Positions 54,956 to 64,000 of a stretch of 64,000 nt of DNA are shown in pieces (positions within the stretch are counted from its first letter, which is position 1; every line of letters starts with the position of its first letter). The DNA is taken from positions 77,681 through 141,680 of the forward strand of contig CAZWCZ010000001.1 in assembly GCA_964632165.1 (NCBI GenBank), read 5' to 3'. The notes below the pieces were generated by a model, which saw nothing but the letters and a program-made list of their open reading frames with translations, had not been told where the DNA came from and did no database searches. The stretch is from an uncultured Lachnospiraceae bacterium (lineage in GTDB: Bacteria > Bacillota > Clostridia > Lachnospirales > Lachnospiraceae). Both the position numbers and the translations under genes were made by a program.

Positions 54956-56053
54956 TCAGACTTTGCGCATCAGTTTCTTCGTCACACAACTTGCTTTATT
55001 GATAAAACGCACATCCGTGCCAAAACGAATTTCTATTACTTTTACGTCTGAATTATCAAATACAACACCTTTTCCGAAATATTCGTGATAAACCAATTCT
55101 CCCGGAATCAGGTTATCGATCTCTTCTTTTAATATTTCTTTTTCTTTCAGGCTCTCCGATAACTTCTTCAGTTCATCCTGCTTTTTCTTTTCTTCTGCCG
55201 GATCATAGAAACGGGAACGCTCCATCATTTCCTCATTGACCAGACGTGCATGCTCTTTTCTCGCAAGCAGATCCGCATCAGCCTCATAAGACGGTTTCTG
55301 TCTGACTGCCGTCTCTTTTACAGGTTCTTCCGGCTTTTCTTCCGCATTTTCTTTCAGTGCTTCCCCTGCTTTCTTCTCTTTCTTTAACTGCATCTTCCTT
55401 AAACTGTCAATTTTTTCGGAAGTCTCTGTCTTTACGGTATCCATTTTCTTTTTTATCACATAAAGATAAATACCGGCAGCAAGCAAAAGCAGCAACATGA
55501 CTAAGCCTATCGCCGTCATTGCCTTGGAAGTTCCGTTGCTCTTTGGAGCCTCGGTCGGCATCGGCACCGGTGTATCTGTCGGTGTCGGAATTTCTGTCGG
55601 TGTCGGGTCTGGTGTCGGTGTCGGAGTTTCTGTCGGCGTCGGTGTCGGTATCGGTACCGCTGTCTGTTCCGTCAGTGTCACATATTTTGCACGTACATAT
55701 CCATGATATTCTGTTTCGTCTTCAACCCAACGTACCTCATACCATAAATATCCGTCTTTGGAAGTTCCGGAAGCCATGACGGCAACCAGATCACCATCCA
55801 TCAGGACAATCTTGTTTCCGTTCACCTCAAGCTGTTCATACCCCGCCCCAAATCCGGTACGTACATTCAAAACATCTACATTTACTTTACCGACATAAGC
55901 TTCTGCCACAATCGTCTCTTCCGTTGCTTTAAACGTCGGCTCTTTTTCTGCATAAACTGTTGTTTCAGAAATTCCTGCCACTGCAAGTACAAAGCAGACA
56001 GCCAGTATCCGCTTTTTTATCTGTTTTACCCCATTATTTTTGATCTGTCCCAT
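54956..56053 (-). CDS. bitopic protein: signal peptide - SH3b domain - PT linker - TM - charged coiled region - PcrA/UvrD-type Tudor-like C-domain
   Basis: VDVLNVRTGFGAGY...LWYEVRW (SH3b), PTPTPTETPTPTPDPTPTEIPTPTDTP, TM AIGLVMLLLLLAAGIYLYVI, and C-terminal GELVYHEYFGKGVV...IEIRF. Confidence 0.6.
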   Translation of the reverse strand: MGQIKNNGVKQIKKRILAVCFVLAVAGISETTVYAEKEPTFKATEETIVAEAYVGKVNVDVLNVRTGFGAGYEQLEVNGNKIVLMDGDLVAVMASGTSKDGYLWYEVRWVEDETEYHGYVRAKYVTLTEQTAVPIPTPTPTETPTPTPDPTPTEIPTPTDTPVPMPTEAPKSNGTSKAMTAIGLVMLLLLLAAGIYLYVIKKKMDTVKTETSEKIDSLRKMQLKKEKKAGEALKENAEEKPEEPVKETAVRQKPSYEADADLLARKEHARLVNEEMMERSRFYDPAEEKKKQDELKKLSESLKEKEILKEEIDNLIPGELVYHEYFGKGVVFDNSDVKVIEIRFGTDVRFINKASCVTKKLMRKV

Positions 56054-56108
56054 ACAGCCTCCTTACCCTGCAATCCTTCGTTTGAATCATTTTTCGCAAA
56101 TTGCGCCA

Positions 56109-57875
56109 TTACATGCGTTCCGGCGCATAAAATCCGAGAATATCGATACAGGTTTCCAGCAAATGCAGCACCAATGTGATCAGTGCGATCCATTCTTTCT
56201 GCTTTTTCTTATCCTCTTCACTCATGATCTTATTGGCATGATAAAATCCATTGAATGCATTTGCCATTTCATAGATGTACTGACAGATCTTATGCGGTGC
56301 CATTTCTGCATAAGCATGAGAAATCACATCGTTAAACTTTGCAGCGGTCAGCATCAGATCCACTTCTGCCGCTCCGTATGTTCTCTCCGCCTCTGCTGAA
56401 TTTTCTGTCTTGTCTTCCAATTCTTCATATTTTGCAAGGATTGACTTGATTCGTACCATGGTATATAAAATGTATGGTCCGGTATTTCCCTCAAAAGAAG
56501 TAAATCGGTCAATGTCAAAAATATAATCTTTAGCCGCCTGGTTGGAAAGGTCTGCGTACTTTAATGCTGCAAGACCGACTGTCTTTGCGATTGCTGCAGC
56601 TTCTTCCGCTTCCATTTCACGTCCGGACATTACCTTCTTATATACTTCTTCATTTACACCGGAAATCAGATTTTCAAGACGCATCACGCCGCCGTCTCTT
56701 GTCTTAAACGGCTTCCCGTCTTTTCCGTTTACGGTACCGAAACCAAGAAATACTAAATCTTTTTTCACAGGCAGGATGCCGCATTTCTTTGCTGCGCGGA
56801 ATACCTGTGTAAAATGGAGTTCCTGCCGCTTATCTGCGACATAAATATAGCGATCCGGGTCAAAATCTCTTTCTCTCTGAATGATGGTGGCAAGATCCGT
56901 TGTCTCATAAAGTGCAGCTCCGTCCGATTTTCTTACAATACAAGGAGGCAGTTCTTTGGTATCCGTCTCTTCTGCGATATCCACCACAAGAGCACCCAAA
57001 CTTTCTCTTGCAAATCCCTTTTCTTCCATATTGCGGATCATATCCGGAATAAACGGCTGTGCATCACTTTCTCCCAGCCACAAGTCAAAAGAAACATCCA
57101 GATTTCCATAGTTCTTTTTCAGATCTTCTACCGATACATTCAATATATGCTTCCAAAGGGCAATATATGGCGCATACCCTTCCTGCAGCTTTGCAGTTGC
57201 AGTCTGCGCCCTTTCTTTAAATATCTCATCCGTTTTCGATTTTGCACTTCCGCACGGATATATCTCCTCCAGCTCACCGATCGTAAACGGAGCATTTTCC
57301 GGATAAGCACCGGTATAACTCTCGTCAAAGTAGCAAAGTTCCGGCTGACGGTCTCTCAATTCCTCAATGATCTGTCCCATCTGAAGTCCCCAGTCGCCCA
57401 GATGCACATCTCCGATCACTTCACTTCCGGCAAAACGGCAAAGTCTTTTTATGCTTTCTCCGATCACTGCAGAACGCAAATGTCCGATATGTAAAGGTTT
57501 TGCCACATTCGGTCCGCCATAATCCACGATGATCTTCTGTCCTGCTGCCTGTTCCTCATAACCATATTTTTCCGACTGTACCATTTCTTCCAGATACAAT
57601 GCCAGATATTTAGGACATACTTTTATATTAATAAATCCGGGTGCAATTGCCACTACTTCAGAAAACAGTTTCTTATCCACTTTTTCTGCTACTTCCTGTG
57701 CGATCATGATCGGTGCTTTCTTATATTCTTTTGCCGCTGCCATCGCGCCATTACACTGATACTGACACAGATCCGGTCGGTTCGATACCGTTGCCTGTCC
57801 GTATTTTTCATCATATCCACAGTCTCTAAATGTCTGCCTTAACTCGTTGCTGATGATGTCGATTAATGTTTTCAT
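56109..57875 (-). CDS. argS: arginine--tRNA ligase
   Basis: PNVAKPLHIGHLRS (HIGH), a class I core and a DALR anticodon-binding C-terminus. Confidence 0.92.
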   Translation of the reverse strand: MKTLIDIISNELRQTFRDCGYDEKYGQATVSNRPDLCQYQCNGAMAAAKEYKKAPIMIAQEVAEKVDKKLFSEVVAIAPGFINIKVCPKYLALYLEEMVQSEKYGYEEQAAGQKIIVDYGGPNVAKPLHIGHLRSAVIGESIKRLCRFAGSEVIGDVHLGDWGLQMGQIIEELRDRQPELCYFDESYTGAYPENAPFTIGELEEIYPCGSAKSKTDEIFKERAQTATAKLQEGYAPYIALWKHILNVSVEDLKKNYGNLDVSFDLWLGESDAQPFIPDMIRNMEEKGFARESLGALVVDIAEETDTKELPPCIVRKSDGAALYETTDLATIIQRERDFDPDRYIYVADKRQELHFTQVFRAAKKCGILPVKKDLVFLGFGTVNGKDGKPFKTRDGGVMRLENLISGVNEEVYKKVMSGREMEAEEAAAIAKTVGLAALKYADLSNQAAKDYIFDIDRFTSFEGNTGPYILYTMVRIKSILAKYEELEDKTENSAEAERTYGAAEVDLMLTAAKFNDVISHAYAEMAPHKICQYIYEMANAFNGFYHANKIMSEEDKKKQKEWIALITLVLHLLETCIDILGFYAPERM

Positions 57876-58030
57876 GACATCCCTCCATCTCTTTCAATAA
57901 ATAATATATCGTGCTCTAATCCACTCTCCATGTTATCACACAGTTGTAGAAAAAACAATAGAAATTTTCCGGGAACACCGCATAAAAAAAGGAACCGGAC
58001 ACTTTCGCCCGATCCCTCTGACTTTTTCAT

Positions 58031-58213
58031 TTATTCTTCCGGCATGAGGATTCCTGCGATAATGTAAACAAGAATAGCCGTTCCGCAGGAACAAAGACCA
58101 AGTAATACTGCAAGGAGACGCACCACGGTGGCATCGAGGTTCAAATATTCACCAAGACCTCCGCAAACACCCATGAGTTTCTTATCTGTAGCAGATCTCT
58201 TTAACTTCTTCAT
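58031..58213 (-). CDS. PspC-domain small membrane protein
   Basis: KLMGVCGGLGEYLNLDATVVRLLAVLL is the PspC signature. Confidence 0.75.
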   Translation of the reverse strand: MKKLKRSATDKKLMGVCGGLGEYLNLDATVVRLLAVLLGLCSCGTAILVYIIAGILMPEE

Positions 58214-58316
58214 ATAATTGTCCTCCCTATGTAATATACTCTTCGGATACTTGCATTCTACTATAATTTTTCACTTCTTTCAACCTCTTTGAAAAATTTT
58301 AATCAAATTCCAATAC

Positions 58317-59327
58317 TTATCTACTCTGTATCCTGTTCACATTTTTGATCAGGACTGAGATCGTTCCATCCTGATTTGTGATAAATTCTACATGCCGCCG
58401 ATTATTGTATTCTTCCATCGGTATATTGATCTCAATCCCTGAATCCGTCACAAGAAACTGTTTTTCGAACTTTTTTGTTGTTTTTTCATTCTTTACATGG
58501 ATTTCCTCTTTCGGCAATTTGTATTTTTCCAGCTTTTCCACAAATTCTTCTTTGATCTCCGGAACAGTGCCATACAATTCCTCTCCGATCTCTTCGGCTC
58601 TCAGGCTTCCCTGTTCTGCATAAGAATTATGGATTACACTTTTGGCTTCCATCTTTTTCTCGAAATCATCTTCAAAATATTTATTATTGATCTGCTCCAC
58701 TGCCTTTGTCACAAGTTCCAGTTTCGTCTTCTGTGACATTTTGGCATGGCACTGCAAAAATACTTCAGAAAGATAGTTCACTTTGCTCCCGTTTATCTCC
58801 GCCTTTTTTTCAACAAGACGAACCGAATGGTCAGCAAGGGAAATGATCACTGCTTCGGAAAGTTTTCCGTTGCCGGGTAATGCACAACATTGTTTCATGA
58901 TATCATTGTTATTACCGTCTGTTTCATTTAAAGAGGTATAATGCATATACACATCTTTATAATTCATCTTAAGGACTGCCAGATACAGTTCCGCTCCTGT
59001 CTGATACGTCACAAAAAACACATCTGCCGGAGGGATTGAAGGATTTGCATTCATAATGGCATACAATATCTCTGACAGTTTTTTTGTCGTTTCCGTCATC
59101 GTTTCTTCTGAAAAATCCCTGATGGTCCGAAACACCTCCGACTCTTCTTCATCAAAGACACAGTTTTTAAGGTCATCACCTGAAATGACTTTATAAATAT
59201 GTTCCCGCAAAAAATCATTCCGATCCGGTGTCAGCTCCAGAAAAGAATCTGACAGCACCGGCATTCCTACCGTTGAATCCAAAATATGGAGAATGGCTCT
59301 TCGAATTATGATCTCATCTTTTTCCAT
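58317..59327 (-). CDS. nucleoid-associated protein (NdpA/YejK-like family)
   Basis: The IIRRAILHILDS N-terminal motif and about 335-aa length are typical of the Firmicutes members (from memory). Confidence 0.55.
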   Translation of the reverse strand: MEKDEIIIRRAILHILDSTVGMPVLSDSFLELTPDRNDFLREHIYKVISGDDLKNCVFDEEESEVFRTIRDFSEETMTETTKKLSEILYAIMNANPSIPPADVFFVTYQTGAELYLAVLKMNYKDVYMHYTSLNETDGNNNDIMKQCCALPGNGKLSEAVIISLADHSVRLVEKKAEINGSKVNYLSEVFLQCHAKMSQKTKLELVTKAVEQINNKYFEDDFEKKMEAKSVIHNSYAEQGSLRAEEIGEELYGTVPEIKEEFVEKLEKYKLPKEEIHVKNEKTTKKFEKQFLVTDSGIEINIPMEEYNNRRHVEFITNQDGTISVLIKNVNRIQSR

Positions 59328-59333
59328 ACTCTT

Positions 59334-60473
59334 TTACCTTTGCTTTCTTTTTATTCTTTTATTCACATTTTCGCGCAAAAGCGTATAAAGTGTCGACATC
59401 AGCGGTATAAAAACAAGCATGCCTACAATACCGAACATACTTCCGCCAACAGAAACTGCTACCAGCACCCAAAGTGCAGGAAGTCCCACAGAACTGCCGA
59501 CCACTCTCGGATATATCAGGTTCCCTTCTATCTGCTGAAGTATCAGGAACAGGACAACAAATCCGATTGCCTTCATCGGACTGATCATAAGGATCAGAAA
59601 TGCTCCGATGACACACCCGACAAAAGCTCCGACGATCGGTATCAGTGCCGTAAATGCGATCAGCACTCCGATCATCACAGCATATGGCATACGGAATATC
59701 GTCATGGCAATCACAAACATAGAGCCTAGAATAACGGCTTCCAGACACTGCCCCGTAATAAATTTTGAAAAATTATGATTGCAGAGTGCTAAGATCCGAA
59801 CTGTTTTGGCAGCAACCGTTTTGGGGAGATATGCCGCAAGCAATTTCCTCGACTGACGGATCAGGCGTTCCTTCCCTGCCAGAACATAAACAGCAAACAC
59901 CACTGCAATGATTCCGTCAAACAAAAATGTGGCAATGCCGCCTACCAGACCAACCGTTGCACTGAAGATATTGGTCAGACCTTCCTTGAAAAATGCAGTG
60001 ATATAGCTGATCACCGTATTCCAGTTTAATGACAGATTTTCCAGATTTGCAATGTCATCTCTTAATGTCGGATACTGATCCACCAGTTTTTCCAGAGCAA
60101 CTACAATACGGTTAAAGAATGCCGGTCCTACCGTGCCAAGTTCCATCAATGTCTGTGTCATTTGCGGAACTACCATCCAGATTACGATCGCCATGATCAA
60201 CAGGACAAATAAAATGGCAAGAAGAATACTGAGTGCCCTTCTGACTCCCTCAGTCTTTTTCCCTTTCCACCGGAAGAAAAGTTTATTTTCAATAAACCTC
60301 ATCGGCAAATTTAACACAAATGCAATCGCACCACCGACCAAAAATGGTGACAGCATCTTAAACACTGCCAATATAACTGCAAGGACTTCTTTACTGTAAA
60401 TAACGCCAAGACATACCAAACCTGCAAATAAGATCAAACTCCGCACGGTCCGTACCTTTTCTTTTTCCTCCAT
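59334..60473 (-). CDS. AI-2E family transporter (PerM/YhhT-like)
   Basis: Polytopic, with QQIEGNLIYPRVVGSSVGLPALWVLV, which is family-typical. Confidence 0.8.
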   Translation of the reverse strand: MEEKEKVRTVRSLILFAGLVCLGVIYSKEVLAVILAVFKMLSPFLVGGAIAFVLNLPMRFIENKLFFRWKGKKTEGVRRALSILLAILFVLLIMAIVIWMVVPQMTQTLMELGTVGPAFFNRIVVALEKLVDQYPTLRDDIANLENLSLNWNTVISYITAFFKEGLTNIFSATVGLVGGIATFLFDGIIAVVFAVYVLAGKERLIRQSRKLLAAYLPKTVAAKTVRILALCNHNFSKFITGQCLEAVILGSMFVIAMTIFRMPYAVMIGVLIAFTALIPIVGAFVGCVIGAFLILMISPMKAIGFVVLFLILQQIEGNLIYPRVVGSSVGLPALWVLVAVSVGGSMFGIVGMLVFIPLMSTLYTLLRENVNKRIKRKQR

Positions 60474-60499
60474 ATAGATTTCCCGCTCCTTTACTGCTG

Positions 60500-60922
60500 T
60501 TATTTCTTCTTATTGAATACAAAAAGTTTACTGAAAATGTAATTCAGAATGATCACCGCAACTGCAACCACTGCCTTCATGATCAGGTTTGGTCCGTGCA
60601 GGATATCTACCAAAAGAAACATTCCGATTTCCTCTATAACAAAAGTTACCACCCTCGCTCCAAAGAACTTAACGATCTTTTTCGTTTCCTCAGCAGCCTG
60701 TTCCGCTTTTTCAAGGAACACCCACCTTGCATTGACAACATACGCAAATGCTACGGCAACTACCCAGGCAATGGCATTGGCAATCAGATTCTCAATGGAC
60801 AGCATATTACAAAAAACATGATATGCCACAAAATTTACAATTGTCGTACTGACCCCTGCGATGGCATAAGTTATCGTTTCCCGATTCACAAACATTTTCC
60901 ACAACCTTTTAATTTTTTCCAT
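60500..60922 (-). CDS. GtrA-family membrane protein
   Basis: 140 aa, 4 TM, ITYAIAGVSTTIVNFVAYHVF. Confidence 0.75.
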   Translation of the reverse strand: MEKIKRLWKMFVNRETITYAIAGVSTTIVNFVAYHVFCNMLSIENLIANAIAWVVAVAFAYVVNARWVFLEKAEQAAEETKKIVKFFGARVVTFVIEEIGMFLLVDILHGPNLIMKAVVAVAVIILNYIFSKLFVFNKKK

Positions 60923-61105
60923 AGTACTTCTCCTTTATTCCTAACCTTTAACATACTTATATCAGTATACCTTACATTTTCTGAATTCTCAAGAATGCAT
61001 TTGAATTTTCTGATATTTTTAATATTTTCAGATTGCGTCCACCCGATTTTGTGCTATACTGGACTTAAGAATCATGATATCCACAGTTATGAGGAGGGGC
61101 TGCTT

Positions 61106-62476
61106 ATGCGAGAAAAATACGGTAACTATTTTAGATGGGCAATCACGATAATTTCAGTGATTGCATTTGGGATTCTGTTTTTCTTTTTTATTTTCCGACT
61201 GGGTGATGTCATTGCTTTTTTGAGCAAAGTCATCGGCATCCTTACTCCTATTATACTCGGAGCTGTCATTGCCTATCTGCTGAATCCATTGGTTAAGCAA
61301 TTCAACAAATGGTTTATCGCGTTTTTTTCCTTTTGCAATATTCCGCCTAAAGTTTCCCGATTTATTGCAAAGACCCTGTCCATCCTTCTTGCTCTCGGAC
61401 TTCTGCTTACCGGGATTACCTTGCTCCTATATCTGGTCATTCCTGAATTATACAGCAGCATTTTAAAACTTGCCGGAGATTTCCGTTCCTACATCAATAT
61501 CATCTACGACTGGGTCAACGGACATCTGGAGAACAACCCTGAACTGCTCAGCTATGTAAAAACATACCTGGAATCTTTCACGACCTTAGTATACGACTGG
61601 GTAAATAATAAACTGCTCTTCCAAATGCAGTCTTTGATGTCCGGACTGACCCTGGGCATCTTCGGTGTTGCAAAACTTGCTACTAACGTTTTTGTTGGCA
61701 TCATCGTTTCCATTTATCTGTTGGTAAGCAAAGATCGTTTTGTCGGTCAGATAAAAAAACTGCTCTATACCCTCGGCAGCCCGGAACGTGTCAATGTTTT
61801 TCTTTCCATTACACGCCAGGTCGATAAAATTTTTGGTGGCTTTATTTCCGGAAAAATCATTGATTCCGCCATCATCGGCATTCTTTGCTTTATTGGTGTT
61901 TCCATCTTAAAGATGCCATATCCGCTGCTTTTGAGCGTCATTGTCGGAGTTACCAACGTCATACCTTTTTTCGGTCCGTATATCGGTGCGATCCCCTGTG
62001 CTTTTCTCGTTCTTTTGGTAAGTCCTTCAAAATGCCTGATTTTCCTGATCTTTATCCTTGCATTACAGCAATTAGACGGAAATCTGATCGGTCCTGCCAT
62101 TTTGGGCGATTCTACAGGCTTGTCCCCTTTTTGGGTCGTTGTATCCATTTTAGTCGGTGGCGGGTTATTTGGATTTTTCGGAATGCTCCTTGGGGTTCCG
62201 ACCTTTGCCGTATTTTACTATCTTGTAAAGACATTTTCCGAATACCATTTAAAAAAGAAGGGACTTCCTACTTCTTCTCTTGCTTATTGCCGTCTGGAAA
62301 GCATTGACCCGGATACCGGGACCTTTATCTTTCTGAAAAAACATACATCCAAACGGAAAACGCAGAATTTTGGTCTGATGGAAGCTCTTGAAAAAGCATC
62401 TTCCGGTGCAAAGCGTGATAAGAAACCTTCTTCGGAAAAATCCAATTCTTCGGATACTCCTCCTGACAATACATGA
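61106..62476 (+). CDS. AI-2E family transporter with a hydrophilic C-terminal tail
   Basis: RBS GAGGAGGGG before the ATG at 61106, and QQLDGNLIGPAILGDSTGLSPFWVVV. The track ORF start at 60596 lies antisense to gtrA and is not credible. Confidence 0.8.
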   Translation: MREKYGNYFRWAITIISVIAFGILFFFFIFRLGDVIAFLSKVIGILTPIILGAVIAYLLNPLVKQFNKWFIAFFSFCNIPPKVSRFIAKTLSILLALGLLLTGITLLLYLVIPELYSSILKLAGDFRSYINIIYDWVNGHLENNPELLSYVKTYLESFTTLVYDWVNNKLLFQMQSLMSGLTLGIFGVAKLATNVFVGIIVSIYLLVSKDRFVGQIKKLLYTLGSPERVNVFLSITRQVDKIFGGFISGKIIDSAIIGILCFIGVSILKMPYPLLLSVIVGVTNVIPFFGPYIGAIPCAFLVLLVSPSKCLIFLIFILALQQLDGNLIGPAILGDSTGLSPFWVVVSILVGGGLFGFFGMLLGVPTFAVFYYLVKTFSEYHLKKKGLPTSSLAYCRLESIDPDTGTFIFLKKHTSKRKTQNFGLMEALEKASSGAKRDKKPSSEKSNSSDTPPDNT

Positions 62477-62489
62477 TCTGCGTACTAAA

Positions 62490-62520
62490 AAGGCTGCCTT
62501 TCTCATTCATAGGCAGCCTT
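62490..62520. terminator. bidirectional terminator
   Basis: aaggctgcc ... ggcagcctt hairpin with flanking A/T runs. It overlaps the last codons of the sigK fragment. Confidence 0.6.
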
Positions 62521-62871
62521 TAATTTTTGCAATGCTTTCTTTTCTATTCTGGAGACATAACTTCGTGAAATGTGCAGTTTCTCTGCAATTTCCCTCTGCG
62601 TAGTTTCCGGATTTCCGTTCAGTCCAAACCGAAGTACAAGTATCTCCTGTTCTCTTTCTGTCAGTATATGTTCCATGTAGCTTTGCAGTTTTTCTAAACT
62701 CATTTCTTCTTCAATCTGTTCCAAAATGTCCGCATCTTCTGCAATACAGACATCCAGCAGTCGGATGGTATTCCCGTCTTTATCTGCCCCGATCGGGTCA
62801 TACAGATACACTTCCTTTGACTGCTTTTTATTTCCACGAAACACCATCAGAAGTTCATTTGCTATCCTCAC
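62503..62871 (-). CDS. sigK: 3' segment of sporulation sigma factor SigK (spoIIIC-equivalent; regions 3-4 only)
   Basis: [40 protein letters not shown]...[27 protein letters not shown] matches B. subtilis SigK [38 protein letters not shown]...[24 protein letters not shown]. There is no region 2 and no ATG. Confidence 0.8.
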   Translation of the reverse strand: [122 protein letters not shown]

Positions 62872-64000
62872 ATAGCGGACTTTCGGATTCTGCCGTTTCT
62901 TCGGTCATTGCGGGCGGGTTGGGGAATTCATAATCCCCATCATTATGGAACAGGTACACATGAGCATTTTCGCCGTCCCACACGATTTTACGGATAAAGG
63001 TTCTGATGGCGGCACGTTTTTGTTCAACACTATATTCCTCTATATTCTCACCCATTGTAGAAAGCAACTGACGGATAATATCAAATTCGATTTCCGCAAG
63101 GTCGTGCTGTTGCATAATCGCTTCAAGCTCGGCAAGACGTTTTTTCAAACCCTCGCCCTTTTCGTGCAGTTCGTCAATTTGCTCCATGATATATTTCTCG
63201 GCATTTGTACCTTCCGTTTTTCCGAGTGAAAGAACGAGAGCCTTAATATCTTTTTCGTTTTCCTCAATCTGTGATTTAATCTTTGCAACCTCTGCATCGT
63301 AGCCCTCACGATTACCGTTGATACGCTTCTTTGTTTGCGTAATCTGCTTTGCCATATCTGAGCTTTGCTTGCCGAAGCTCTTCACCGTGGCAATGATTTT
63401 CGCATCAAGCATATTGCCGTTGGCGTTCTTCATATCGCACACGTGACCACGGCTACGCTCTTTAGTGGTACAGAGATAGGTATAAATAGGTTCACCCGTT
63501 GCGGTCAGACGGTCTGACAGCTTCGGACGCATATAATCACCGCATTTTCCACAATAGAGAATTCCCGACAAAAGTGCAACATTACTGCGAGGCTTACGGT
63601 AGCTCTTAGATTTGTTTAGCTCCAACTGTTTTTGTACCTGCACCCACATAGCACCGGGGATAACGCCTTTATGTTTACCAACAGAAACAATCCATTCATT
63701 CATAGGCTTTTCCTGCGTTGCTTTTCCGGGTCGTTGTAATGTGCGGTTATACGCCATAATGCCGTGCTTGCCGTCAAATGCTTCTTTATCGGAGAAAAGG
63801 TCAACATCGTTTTGGGTGAGATAGTTATAGGCGTCATCATCTGCAATCATATAAACGGGGTTAGAAAGAATACCCTTGATGGCAAAACGGGTAAAGGTTT
63901 TTCCACGCTTGGTTTTATAATGCCCCTGCATAAGAAATTGGTCTGTTTTGGTAAGCGAGCCTGTTTCGATAAATTTATCGAAAATCAGCTTTACCAAATT
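62855..64000 (-). CDS. large serine recombinase (SpoIVCA-like), N-terminus beyond the window
   Basis: Recombinase domain, zinc ribbon YCGKCGDYM...LCTTKERSRGHVC, and coiled coil. The catalytic resolvase domain lies beyond base 64000. Confidence 0.85.
   Translation of the reverse strand, partial: NLVKLIFDKFIETGSLTKTDQFLMQGHYKTKRGKTFTRFAIKGILSNPVYMIADDDAYNYLTQNDVDLFSDKEAFDGKHGIMAYNRTLQRPGKATQEKPMNEWIVSVGKHKGVIPGAMWVQVQKQLELNKSKSYRKPRSNVALLSGILYCGKCGDYMRPKLSDRLTATGEPIYTYLCTTKERSRGHVCDMKNANGNMLDAKIIATVKSFGKQSSDMAKQITQTKKRINGNREGYDAEVAKIKSQIEENEKDIKALVLSLGKTEGTNAEKYIMEQIDELHEKGEGLKKRLAELEAIMQQHDLAEIEFDIIRQLLSTMGENIEEYSVEQKRAAIRTFIRKIVWDGENAHVYLFHNDGDYEFPNPPAMTEETAESESPLCEDSK
62858..64000 (-). mobile_element. 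end of a skin-like intervening element inserted in sigK (extends beyond the window)
   Basis: SigK homology stops abruptly around 62865..62875, exactly where the recombinase gene ends. The sequence to the right looks more GC-rich by eye. Confidence 0.65.

Noticed and set aside
55540-55670. A repetitive ggtgtcgg-rich DNA tract that could be mistaken for a repeat array
   Set aside because: It is the coding sequence of a Pro/Thr linker (PTPTPTETPTPTPDPTPTEIPTPT). It has no spacer/repeat organisation, and no CRISPR-like arrays occur anywhere in the window.
57876-58030. A possible T-box or leader upstream of argS
   Set aside because: It is only about 155 nt, has no GGTGGTA-type T-box sequence and no terminator/antiterminator pair.
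60596-61105. The 5' 170 codons of the 626-aa track ORF
   Set aside because: This stretch runs antisense through the GtrA gene and has odd composition. A strong RBS (GAGGAGGGG) plus ATG at 61106 gives a normal AI-2E N-terminus.

Overview
This is a 64-kb chromosomal window from a low-GC Gram-positive spore-forming anaerobe. By inference from the protein sequences it is Clostridia, probably Lachnospiraceae-like. About 60% is housekeeping: metA, ligA, a pseudouridine synthase, tRNA-Arg(CCG), nfnAB-type oxidoreductase, pcrA, galKT, lepB, pheA-like, tyrS with a Tyr T-box leader, eno, argS, a Ca2+ P-type ATPase and two AI-2E transporters. Four accessory blocks stand out. (1) A tightly packed ~15-kb, 16-gene minus-strand operon (35526..50696) looks like a highly divergent Tad/Flp (CpaF-type) pilus or secretion machine. 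It has three ParA/MinD-like proteins without a canonical Walker A, a CpaB/SAF-like protein, a stand-alone copy of the ATPase N-domain, a CpaF-like ATPase and a TadB/C-like polytopic protein. It also has six small N-terminally anchored proteins, one of them a 52-aa Flp-like ORF absent from the ORF track. The operon ends in two N-anchored BspA-type LRR surface proteins of 353 and 1548 aa. (2) A lipoprotein module is present twice: a small secreted protein, a DUF5050-like propeller lipoprotein, and a ~710-aa propeller + solute-binding-domain lipoprotein. One copy sits next to an ATPase-less ABC permease pair. (3) A solitary Eco57I/TaqI-type N6-adenine methyltransferase has no nuclease partner. 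(4) At the right edge, the 3' half of sigK abuts a large serine recombinase, which is the signature of a skin-like intervening element. No CRISPR array or rRNA was seen. Many track ORFs are antisense shadows of real genes.
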